A stretch of 64,000 nt of DNA from Fonticula alba ATCC 38817 (lineage: Eukaryota > Protista > Nucleariida): NCBI GenBank assembly GCA_000388065.2, contig KB932201.1. The stretch is one strand, 5' to 3'. Of the stretch, positions 15,690 to 27,300 are shown piece after piece; within the stretch, counting starts at the first letter, position 1, and the number at the start of each line of letters is the position of its first letter. Below the pieces are notes generated by a model. The model saw only the letters and a program-made list of their open reading frames with translations, was not told the origin of the DNA and did no database searches. Position numbers and translations under genes: made by a program.

Positions 15690-15853
15690 AGGGAGGGAGA
15701 GGGCCGTACAAACAAGAGAGGGCTGCTCACCACCGGTGGGGCCTGGGGGAGGGGGTGTGGTGGCAGGGCCATCACCTGCGGCGCCGCAGGGAGGTGCTCC
15801 CGGCCGGGCGCTGGGTTTGAGAAAGGGTCCTCAAGGCTGAAGAGGTCGTTCAT
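12229..15853 (-). CDS. Ubiquitin-specific protease, USP8/Doa4/USP2-like (C19 family) with a probable degenerate rhodanese-like N-terminal region, 9 exons
   Basis: Exons: 15853-15776, 15470-14213, 14038-13611, 13464-13328, 13219-13022, 12834-12759, 12615-12585, 12475-12387, 12279-12229. Cys box GLRNIGNSCYMNSVIQCL; QHDAQEFL; Zn ribbon CHSC...CPNC; LCIQLNRF; YDLYATINHYGTSSSGHY; WRKFDD; SAYILFFQRR. A TACTAAC branch point lies in the last intron. Confidence 0.9.
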
Positions 15854-16914
15854 CGGAGCAGAGATACAGCCATCACTCGGAGCAAGGAGGTGGATGTGTG
15901 TGTGTGTGTGCCCGTGTGCGGAGGGAAAAAGGATGGATACAAAAAGAATGAGGAGAGGGGGCGGGGGAGGAGGGGTGAGCAGCGGCATCGGCGTCGAGGC
16001 AAAGGCAAGCGTCTTTTCAGGGACAGCAGATCGCGCTGGGGAGCCCGTGTTTTTCCTCTAGCGCGGCCCGTGTGTGTGTGGGGGGGGGGGGGGGGGCGGC
16101 ACACGGACTGCGATGAGGGCCCCTGCCGACGGGGCTTTCAGAACTGGTGGGGCGTGTGCCACCGACCGATCTCCCTGCGAGGGGTTTCTTCGCCCCCCCC
16201 CCCCCCCCCCCCCCCCCACTGGTCCGATCGGCCAAGAAGGTAGCGGCAGGACACATCACCGTATCCCCAGGACCGGGGGCTGATACCGCGATTTGCCCTG
16301 CCCCTTCGGGAATATGGGCGGGGCGGGGGGAGCTACGCCGTGTGTGCGTGTGCGTGTGTGCGTCCGGAGAGGGGCGCCATAGGGCAGACCCAGCAATTGT
16401 GCCCGATCTTGGTCGCTGGGACGCCCGAAAGGGTGAGCCCAAGCGACGTGGATTGCATCAGCAGGTCCCAGAGACTCGGCCGGCCCCGCCCCCGCCCGTT
16501 CACGGTGCTCGAGAGGGGCCAGGCCACCATTCAACCATTTTCCCCCCGCCCCCCCCCCCCCCCCCCCGGATCCCCGGGCCGCCGACTTTTGCGTTCTCCC
16601 CGGCGACGAATTCTATCGGCTCTTTCCTTTCGGGAGGGCACGGGCGAGCAGCCTCGCGACTACCAACGGTCCCCCGGGCCTGCCAGGGCTCCACATCCAA
16701 CCCAGCGGGGGAGCAAGCATGTTCGACCGGGAAAGTGTATGATCTGCCGCGCCGCCCCCCCCCCCCCCCCCCCCTGCGACCGAGCCACAAAAGCACAAAG
16801 GCCAGGACATCCCGCCGATCGCAGGACAAAACAGCTATCCATTGGCACTTCATAGGTCTATTGCATCAGGCCGAGGCCGGTCGCCCTCGCCCCGTGTGCC
16901 CCCCCCCCCAGGCG

Positions 16915-19762
16915 TCAGCGTCTGCCGCCGAAGCCGCCAGAGCTGCTGCTGCCAGTGCCGAAGCCGACAGCACCCTTGGATTGGAGAATGCGCCGCTCGG
17001 AGTCGGAATAGCGTCCTGGGGGAGGGGCCGCCCCGCCGCCCCGCGGGAAGCGTGGGAGAGGGGCGCTGGCCGGCTGGGGCGGGCCGCCGGGGCCCGGGTC
17101 TGGGTGCAGGGGCGAGGGGGCCGCGCGCGCGGATGCCGTCTGGCGGCTGGTCGGGAGAAGCTGCGAGTTCCACGATCCGAAGTCCGCCGGGTGGGGGCCC
17201 GAGGAGTCTGGCCGATTGGCCTGGGCGTGGCCATGAGCCACGGTCGCCGGGGGGAGCGGCGCTCGGAAGGGATCATCGTCGGCTGGGGCGGCCGAGTCCG
17301 GGCCAACACGGCGTGAGGGCCGCCGCGGTGTCCCGGGCGCCTGATGGGGTTGCTGATGGGGCTGTGTCGGGTGCGGGTGTTGTTGTTGCTGTTGCAACTG
17401 CGTCGGCTGCGGCTGGGTTAGTGTGCCCAGAGGCCCATCTTGTGGAAAAGGCCCGGGTGCAGGTGCTGGCGGGGGATCAGCCACCAGGAGGACATTCCGT
17501 GCGAGAACATTCAAGTAGACGCAGGCCGCGCGAACGGCCTTCCTCAGGCGCAGCGTGCCCGGATCATCCGGATCCAGCAGCCCCCCGGGATCGTGGGGAG
17601 CAATGGCCGCGGCGCCGGCCGACATCCCAGAAAGCCCGGCCTCCCGGCGGAGCTCCATCTGCCGGGGAGACTCCGTGGCCCCGGCCCGAGCAGGGACCGG
17701 CATCAGCAGGCTCGGGCGTTCGATGCGCAGGACCCCCGGTCGCCGGAGGAGCACCGCGCTGCCCGGCTGCAAGTCGGCCTGCTGGGCCCCCTCGGCGAAG
17801 CACTGCGGATCGATGATGGCCGTGATGCGCTGGCCATGGTGGTCCAGCAGGGTGGCAATGGCCGACGGTGAGTGATGTGGATCCCGCCGGGAGCCGATAT
17901 CCGGGGGGCGCGTGCCCAGCACCGAGCCATCCGACCCCACGGACCCGGGCCCCGCGCTGCGGGAGGATCGATTGAATGTTTCCAGCACCGCGATCAGGTA
18001 GTCCGGATGCGTGGCCAAGGAAAGGAGCGGAGCCAGCCCGGCGGCCACAGGGCTGCCATCCTCCAGCAGCTGCTCCACCGATGGGAGCCCCAGCCGCCGG
18101 GATAGGCCCGGCTCGGTGGTCAGACGCCCGACAAGATCATGCCAAGCTGGGAAGTCCGTGGCCGTGGTGGATGGGCCGCGTGCCAGCCCTGGGAGCACTG
18201 AAGATGGGTCTACCGAGAGCGATGCCAGAAGCAGGGCATCCGGATCCTCTTCCTCGCCCTCCTCGCCGTCGGCCAAGAGGGATACGCCTGGCCGGCCGGC
18301 CGGCGAGGGAGACCGCGCGCCGGCCAACATGGCGGCGGCTGTCGGGTCACCGCCGATGTTGCTCGGCGACCCGGCCGCCCGTTGGCCAAGGGTCAGGCGC
18401 GAAGAGCGCAGCGTGCTCGAATGTGGCATGGTCACCATCAGCTCCGAGCCATTACGCACCGAGACCATCATCTGGTCCAGGTGCGGAAGGCTGATCAGCT
18501 GGATCATCTGCGCATTGGACAGGGACTTCAGCAGGCCCGCCGGCCCCGGGACACGGAGGGGGGAATCCCGCGACCGGGTCGGGCCCGAACCTGGGGTCGG
18601 GGCCAAGGACCCAGTAGGACGTGCAGACGAGCCCACAGGCCCGGGAGTGACACGGCCACCGGTCGCCGCGGCCGCGGCCGCTGCCTCAAGCAGCGGGCTC
18701 ACGCGTGCCGATGGTGCTGCCGATGGTGCTGCCGATGGTGCTGCCGATGGTGCTGCCGATGGTGCTGCCGAACTGCCCGGTCCCGGTGTCACTGGGCCCT
18801 CCTGAAAGGTGACTGACGGAGAGGAGGCCCTGAGGGGATTCGATTGAGGACCTGCCTGCAAGGGAGGAGAGGGCACTACCCCGGGCCCGGGCTCCAAACG
18901 AGCAGTCTTGCGCGGCGGTTGGGCTTCAACTGGCGGCTCCGCCCTGGGATGAGGCTCCACCCTGGAGGAGTGTGTCGGGCTGGGAGCAAGTGCCGAGAGA
19001 GACTCGTCGCTTGTGGGGAGATCGTGCGACGAGCGATGCGCAAAGTCCATGGGCGGACTTGGGCTGGGCTCTGGGTCTGGACTGCGGGAGAATGGTGGGT
19101 CTGGACTCGGGGAGGGTTCCGACTCCGGGTTCGGAGCGAGATCCAGCCCCGAAGCGGGGGAAAGGTCCCCAGCCGAGTGCCTGGTGGCTTCCATTGCCGT
19201 CCATGAGGACGGACCAGGGGCAGAGCCTGACGCGGGATGCGATTGACCAGCCATCCAGCGATCACCGGTGGCGAGGCCACCCCGAGGGGCAGCCGGGCGA
19301 AAGAGATCGAGTAACCCGGCGGCCGTCGGATCGCGTGCCGCCTGGGATGAGGTGGCACCCTGGCTTTGACCAATTGCCCGAGGCAAGGCACTTCCGGCGC
19401 TGCTTGATCCGGCCGAAGCGAAGAAGCTCTCGAGTGCCGAGCCGCCCGCCGGTCGAGTGGTGGCCGGCGGTTGCGCTTGGGACGTCATGAGAGCCGAGCC
19501 GAGCGGCGTCCCCAGCTGCGACTGCCCGAGGGCCAGGCGGGCCGCCGGAGCATCGACCTCCGGCAGCGCGTTCAGCGAGCTCAAGTCCCCCTCAAGAAGT
19601 TCATCGATATCAAAGTCCGAGTAGTCAAAGGACTGGATGGAGGGTAAGTTGGAAAAAGGTGCATCCAAGAAGGGGGATCGGGGCCGGGGGGGGGGGGGGG
19701 GGGCAAAGAAACTCACCAAGAGAGAGAGGGCGGGAGGACGACATGCTCCGGAGGCGCACCAT
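16915..19762 (-). CDS. HROB: HROB/MCM8IP (C17orf53, DUF4539 OB-fold) homolog, ATG-only first exon
   Basis: OB-fold signature IAVLETFNRS...TLLDHHGQRITAII...LQPGSAVLLRRPGV...YLNVLARNV parallels HROB (AVMIKSLTRS..FKDPTGEMQGTV..LKPGSVLLLKQIGV..YLNVTPNN, recalled from the family). ATG 19762-19760 plus a GTGCGC intron (19759-19633) gives MSFDYSDFDIDELL. Confidence 0.78.
18707..18771 (-). repeat. Coding 12-nt tandem repeat, 5 copies, encoding (SAAP)n
   Basis: GCCGATGGTGCT x5 on the + strand, inside HROB. Confidence 0.9.
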
Positions 19763-20490
19763 TCGGAGAGCCTCACGAAGGGGAGGACAGATTTGAGAAA
19801 AAGGAAGGCGGCGCGCCTCGGGCGGGAGAAGGCCGTTCCCAGTGTCCAGTCGAAAGAAAATGCAAGGAGCCGGGAGGGAGAAGAGAGGAGCGGCGACGGA
19901 CGAGCGGGAACGGCTGGGACAGCGAAAGGAAGAGTTGGAGGAGGAGGAGGAAGAGGAGTGTGCATGGCGCGCGCGATCTGGCCATGCACCTGGCCATGTC
20001 CGGCCAAATAGTCACAGGAACACGGCCCCCCTCCCCCCCCCCCCAGCCCCAGCCCCTGGGATGAAGACGCATCGCTGCCCGGATGGCATCAAGGAAGTGG
20101 CGCTACGCCTCCGGCCAATACCAACGTACAGACCACAATCGTCTCGTCCGCATTCCCTGCCCATGCCCATGCCTGTGGTGCCGCCCAGCTGTTTCCGGGC
20201 TTCGACCCGTGGCATTTGGTGCTCTGTACTGGCATCTGTTTATTGGTCATATTTCTACCTGCCTCTCTCTTTCGGAGGTGGGCGAGGGTTTTCGTCGGAT
20301 TTTTTCCCCTTTCGTCTCACTCGTGTCTCCATGCGTGCAGCCTTGACCGCCGGACCTCGTGGCGACTCGCGTGGGTGTTGTTGTTTTTTTCTCGCTCCCG
20401 CCCTCTCGTCGTGCTGAAAGGCCGGCGAAGGCAAGAGGGAGAGGGGGAAAGAGAGAGAGAGAGAGAGAGAGACAAAAACAGTCACATGGG

Positions 20491-21261
20491 TCAGCCGGTG
20501 CGGCTGCCACCCGCCACCGGCGGGGACACGCTCGACGGGATGCTCGGCCGGACGATGGTCAAACTTCCGGAGGGACCAGGATGGTGAAGGTGATGTTCGG
20601 CGGCCGGCGGGTGGTGGCCGCCGCCATGCCCACCGTGGGGGTGGTACAGGCCCCCGGTGGCAGCCGGTGCCGGGCCGAGCACCGGCGATTCGTCATCGAG
20701 GCTGCCCATGTCACCGACACCCAGGCCAAAGAGGGCGTCGCACAGGGCGCGGAAGAAGTTCTGCACCGCTCGGCGGACGGCCAGCACATCACACCCCTGG
20801 AGGATGGTCAGCAGCCGTGCCAGTCGGGGAATGTAGACCGCGATGCTGCCCGGCTCGATGGGAGTCGTAAGGGTCGCGGACATCGGCGTGGCCCCGGACC
20901 GCAGGGGGATTTGGCCCCAGTGAAGCTGAATCAATTCTTGGATGATGGCAGCCACGAGCGGGGCACGCTGCAGAATTTCCACATCGCGCGGGGAGGCAAC
21001 AGTCGGGCCGCCGGTCGTGGCCCCGGGGGCCCCGCTCGGGGCTCCGGACGGAAGTTGAAGAATAGCAGAGAAGTATTGCTGAGAGAGCACATGCCGAACA
21101 CGAAGTAGAGTGGGTGATGGAGCAAGAAGGAAGAGAAGAGGGCGGGGGGAGATGGAGGTCGGACATGGTAAGAGAATGGAGAAGGCCAGGCTCGGGTGGA
21201 TGCTCGCATGTCACACCGCAAGCAAAGGGAAGCAAAGCGCAAAGGAGGAGGTGGATGAAGG

Positions 21262-21305
<44 letters not shown>

Positions 21306-24300
21306 CACACGCACCAATTGCGAAATACAGAGATCCATCAGTGGCGGGACAAGGTCAACCGGGTTGGCACCGAGGGTGGGCGAGAGGATGGCCTCCCCGC
21401 CGGGGGCAGCGTGCACCGCCCCGGCGCCCTGGTCCCCATCGATGCCGGTGCCACGGAGCTGCAGCCACCGGAAGTACAGCTGCACATAGGCCTCCAGTGC
21501 CACGGACTCCTGCTGGCTCAAGCTCGGGGTCTTGGCCATGTAGCCGGCCTGGACAAAGGCCAGACGCCGTGGCGAGTCCACATTGAAAGCACGAGCATTC
21601 TCATGGGATGACCGCAGAAGCTGCAGCCAACCGAAGAAGTCCGCCCGGGGGGCCGTGCAGGTGACCGCACTCAGAGCACTGCTGGGATTGGAAATGTCCA
21701 GGAGGCTGCGGGCCAGGTACAGCTGCACCGTGGCCTTGACAAAGCAATACAGAATGTCCAGGGCACCGGGGGCATTCGACCGGACGGTCGGTGCCCGGGA
21801 GAGCTCACGCTCGGTGGACGTGGCGGCAAAGGCCCGCGCCAGGGTCAAGGTCACCAAACGCCATGCCCGGGCATCAAACTGATCATGGCACAGGGACATC
21901 AGCGAGAAGAGCCCAGTCACGCCGCCGGCCTTGGCCACCGAGGTGCTTCGATGGGCAATGAACTGCAGGATCAGCTCGAGCACCGCGCCGAGGATGCTGT
22001 TGGAGGGCAGCTTGGCAACCAGCGGAATGCCCGACGACTCGTCCACCAGCATGTGCGGATGCTCGGAGGGCAAGAGCGCCGCCGGCAGCGGCGGCACCTC
22101 GGTGGCCGACAGCTCCTCCTGCTCCTCATCGTCATCCTCCTCGCCATCCGAATGGTAGGTGGGCCTGCTGAGGGGGATCGTGGGGAAGGGCTCATGCGCA
22201 AAGGATCCATAGTAAACCGGCACCAAATCCACCAGATGCTGCAGGGCAAACACCCACAGCATGCGACACTTGTCCTGATGCCGTGCATGCCAGGCCCCGA
22301 TGGCCGAGTCGGAGTCGGGGCCGGCCACGCCACCAGGCGCCAGCGGATCCACCCCGCCCCCGGGGGCCAGGGCGCTTTGCTCGCAAAGATCGTCAAAGAG
22401 CGGCTGGATGGCCGACCGGAAGACGGTCCGCGCATAGGCCGCCGACTCCAGAACCCCGGTCCCGGCCGCGCCATGCAGCAGGTTGAAGAGAGACTCGATG
22501 GCCTTCTGCCGGATGGTCATCGACCCGCAATCGTTGGCCACCCGTGACAGGCACCGGACCACGGCGAACCACCGGACAAAGAAATCTTCGCAATCTTCCG
22601 GGCCGCCGCTCGACCCGGGGCCCGGGGGGGCATTCACCAGCAGCAGGCTGCCACTGCTGCCAGTGCTGCTGGCCGCCGGCGAGTGAGCACCACCGACCGC
22701 CGTCGGGGTGACACCTGCCGCCGCCGCCGTGGCCGCCGCCGTGGCCGACAGCCAGTCCAGGTGTGCGGTGATTTGCATGTTTCCACAGTTCTGGATCAGC
22801 TGCACCGCCCCTTGGGCCACCGCCTCAAAGGGATCCGGCGTGATGCCAATCGGGCCCGAGGTCGCGCCGCCGGGCTGATCCGGAGCCGACGCCACAGCCG
22901 GCGGCAAGTCCCCCCCGAAAACCCCGCTCAGGAAGGCAAACTCCGCCAGACAATCGATGAAGTCGGCGAAGTGGTTGGCGCTGGTGGGCCTGCCATGCAG
23001 TGAGCCCTGGCTCGGGGAATCGACCCCGCTCACCGACGAGTCGCCATTGTCGGTCGAGGGGGGCCCCCCCGCCATCGGGGCTGGCGCTGGGCCCGACCCG
23101 CCGAAAAGCGAGCGCTCAGAGGCCAGAGCATGGAAAATGGTCTGCGCCAGCTGGAAGCCCGCGGCCACCAGCTCCCGGCGCGTGCGAGTGGTCAGCTCCA
23201 GCTGGACCTCCGCATGGCCGGAGTCATCGGCATTGCTGGCGCCAATGCCGAGCTCCGGCCTCCGGGCAGCCTCGACCACACGCATGAGCACCACGAAGAT
23301 GGACTTCCAGCCGGACATGATGCGCCCGGCCCGGGCCTCGACCATGTGGTTGAGCGCCCGCAGGACGAGATCCTGGGCCAGGGGCAGATCCCCACCGGCG
23401 GGCCGAAGATTGGCCCCGGCCCCGGCCCCGGCCCCGGCCCCGGGGGTGGCCGATCCACCGGAGGCCGATCCACGGCGTGAGCCATTCGACAGGAGCGGAC
23501 GCAGGGGCGCATGGATGACAATATACTCGAAGGGCCGGAGGAATTCGCTTTGCGTGTGGAACTGGCCCATCTCCTGGCGCTCGAGGAACTTCATGGCCAG
23601 CTGTGGAAGGTCCGAGAGAGGAGGGGATGCGAAGTTGGAGGTGAGCGGAGGGGAATGGGAGGCAGTCACGAGACAAGACCGAGCAGCGCCGACGAAAAGC
23701 CCATCGGAGCAAGAGGGAAGGAAACAGGCAAATGAGCGGAAAGCCAATAGCAACAGCCCGACAGGCAAAGCAACACCGGGCGTCGAGCATCGAGCACCGC
23801 GCCATCCTGGGCCGACGCACCTGTCGGAGGGAGTCAATGGCAAACGAGGCGACCACCGGATTCCGATGGCAGCCCACATGGTTGAAGTAGGGCTGGAGGA
23901 CTTGCTGCAGGATGGGCGTCCACTCGAGGCGAATGCGGTTGAGGTTGTAGTGGGCCAGCTCGACCACCTTCTGCAGCGAGAACAGGCGCGGCGACCGGCC
24001 TGGCAGGCCCTCCACGGCCGAGCTATCCGGCGCCGTGGTGTGCTGGTGCGTCGGGGACTCGGCCTTGGACTCGGCGAAGAGTTGCGAGTAGTCCGGCAGG
24101 GTTTGGCTCAGGTCGAAGCAGCCGCCATTCACCTCGGCAATGGACACGGCACACAGCCCCCGGAAGAAGTCCACAATCGCCTTGCCCGGGAGCAGGCCCG
24201 ACCGCTCGAAGAGGCGATCTACCAGCACCGTCAGCGACTGGGCCGCGTCGAAGGAGGGGTGACCACCAGCCCCGGAGGCCTCGGCGCCGGCCTCGATCCC

Positions 24301-27300
24301 GGCACTGGGATTCTGCTGGACCGGCACTCGACCGGCCGAAGTTCGACTGTCCGTCCCAAAGAGCCCGAGGTATTCCTGCGCGTGGGCGTAGCTCCGAGTC
24401 AGTCACATGCCCAGACAGGACGGGCCGGCCCCGGGGGTGTGTATGGAGTTCAAGGGGGCAGGGAAAGGCCCGGGCAAAAAGACGCGACAGGCGGCCATAC
24501 CAAGCGCGACACGGCTTCGAGGATGAACTTCCAGGAGTTGCCGAGAGATTGGCTGTTCTGGGGGGCAATGCGCTCAAGCAGGCACTGGACCACCACCAAG
24601 TCCGACGTGGGCAAAAGCATGGACCCACTGCCGAAGGAGCTACGCGAGTCCCGCCCGGAAGACCCGCCGCCGAGCGCGGTGCCGGATGCGGGATTGGCCG
24701 GCAGGGCGGCCGCCGGGCTGGCCAACACGCCGCCAGACACACCGAGTGAGTTGATCAGGTTCGTGGCACTCAGTGAGCGGATGTGCAGCGCCAGCGACCG
24801 AAGCAACGAGTCTCGTGCTTCGACCAGCCCGAAGGAGCAGGCAATGCGCACGGCGCTCCTGCGTGCAGCGGCCCGAGAAACACGCGTCAGTGGCGTCAAA
24901 TGCACCGGCAAAGATGACGTTTCAAGGGGCAGAGCAGCGGCACGGGGGGGGGATGATCGGGCGGAAAATCACACGCACTCGTAGCCCACCATGCACAGCT
25001 CGGCGGTATTCACGTCATTCGGATCACACTCGGCCACTGCCTGGCCGAAAGGCAGCAGGAAGTTCGACCGCCAGAAGGCCTTGAACATCGGCAAAATGTG
25101 CTCGCGATGCGTGGCCCGGTGGTAAATCCCATCATGCGATTCAAATCCATCGCCATCGGCGCCATTGTCGCCGCCACTGGTGGCGTGGTGCAGCATGCGC
25201 CACAGCTGTGCACTCAGTGTCGAGTGCCCGCCACGGTCGCCCCGCTCCTCCTCCAGGACAATTTCATTGTGCAGAATTTCATCATAGATGGACTCCAACA
25301 GACTGGAAGGCAAGTCGAAGCCCTTGTTGATTCCGCGATTGTTCTTGATGAAGGACTCCTTGGACATCTTGCGCTTAATTTGATCGCTGTGTACGAGGCA
25401 TTGGTGAGGCAGGCCGGAGGATGTGCCCCGGTGGGGGGCGAAAGAAAGCAAACACAAACGAGCAAACAGGCGGGGATGCTTCAGAAGACCCCGATGGGGG
25501 GGGGGGGGGGGAAAAAAGCGGAAGGGAGGACTGGCTTTTGGCTGCCGTCGANNNNNNNNNNNNNNNNNNNNNNNNNNNNNNNNNNNNNNNNNNNNNNNNN
25601 NNNNNNNNNNNNNNNNNNNNNNNNNNNNNNNNNNNNNNNNNNNNNNNNCCAGTCCTTCGCCCTGCCTCAGACCCCCGGCGCAGTGGTGGCGGGGGGGGGG
25701 GGGGGGGGGGGATCAAACAACAGTGCCCCGGGGGGTTGGCGTACCTGTGCAAATCCGTGTTCAGCATGATGGTCGAAAAGGCCAATGTGTAGGCAGTGTC
25801 GGCATTGGAGAGGAGGGACAGCGCCCCGGCCGAGCCAATCGGAGGGGTGGCGCCCTCCTCGCCGGCACGCCGGTCGGGGCTAGTTGCCATGGGCGAGACC
25901 GCGGCCCAGGAGGCCGAGGAGATCAGACTGGACCCCGGGGCCGCGGGCTGCTGGTTCGACTCGCAATAGCGGTCGGCGAACTTCTCCATCAGCCGGTCGA
26001 TTTTCTGGGCCTCGCCAGGCAGACGGAAGGTCTGTAGGAAAAGACGCAATGCCTCGACAAAGGACATTCCCTTGAAGTCCAGCAGGTCGACAAAAGCGTG
26101 CATCACCTTGTTGTTGAACTTGTGCACGCGTTGGTGTTGGGTGTGTGTGAGAGATAGAGAGAGAGAGAGAAGGAGAGAGCGAGTGGGCGGGCAGGCGGGC
26201 CGGCGGGCCGGCGGGCGGGCGGGCCGGCGGGCGGGCGAGCGCGTGTGTGTGCGCGCGCAGCGTTCATAGAGCGCAGAAGGTGACGAATGGCCATTCACGG
26301 CGCATACTATGGCCAGAATGTGGGGGACTTCCCGGACGCACCGACTCCGGGCCGCTGAGGAAATCACCCAACTGAGCCTTGTCCAGCGATTGGCAGTGTT
26401 GCAGCAGGAAGCGAGCCACCACGTCAGGACTGGGGGAAATGAACTGGTGCCCGATCAGATGCTTGATGCCGCGCGAGGGCTTCTGATTGAAGAGGTCCAG
26501 GCCCTGGCGGAGAAGCTGAAGCAAGGCGGACAGTCAAGGGGCAAGGGGCGGAAGGGTTAAATGACATGCCGAGAGGGGCAGCAGAAGGGCCGGAACAGCG
26601 CCCCAGCGCGTGCATACCAGCTTGCGGGACTTCTGCTCGACAAACTGGTCCGGGTTGTCATCGCCAACACGGACGCCCGGGCCACTGAGGCTGTGCGAGG
26701 AGGACAGGGGCGCCAACAAGGGCGAGGACATGGCCGGGTCCGGGGTGCCGATCACCGACGAGGCCGAAGAGGTGCCCGAGTCCGCGGTCGACATAAGATC
26801 AACGCCCGCTCCATTGGTGGCATCGTCAACGGGCGAGGTGCCGCCAGCGGCCGAGCTCGACTGATCGGCTGGACCACCGGCATGAGAGGCCGACGATGTC
26901 CAGGCCACCATGGCCTTCACCACACTGGCCAGACAGTGCAGCGCACGCGATCGAAGCCGGATGGCCATGTTGAGGTTGACATCGCGATCGGGATGCTGCG
27001 TGGCCGGCGGCAAGGCCGGCGGGAGAATGTGGTCCGGATGCCGGCGGACCTCCTCCAGGGGGGCCCCGACGCCAGTGGCACCGCCTGCGGCCCCGACGGG
27101 CCCGACGGCGGCCGTGGCGGTGGCGTTGCCAGCGGCGGGAGCACTCGGGCCAGCGACGGCCAGCGACGAGCCGCCATGTCGCCAGTAGATGGCCACCCGG
27201 GCCACGGCCGACAGCAGGGGCTCAAGGACATCCTCGCCGGCCGTGTCGCAGTCATAGTTCAGATACAGGTCGACCAGGGTTTGCGCATCGCCCAGGATGA

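Noticed and set aside
19763-20007. HROB starting at the ORF-track Met at 20007
   Set aside because: The segment is pyrimidine-rich and UTR-like; the ATG|GTGCGC model gives a cleaner acidic N-terminus.
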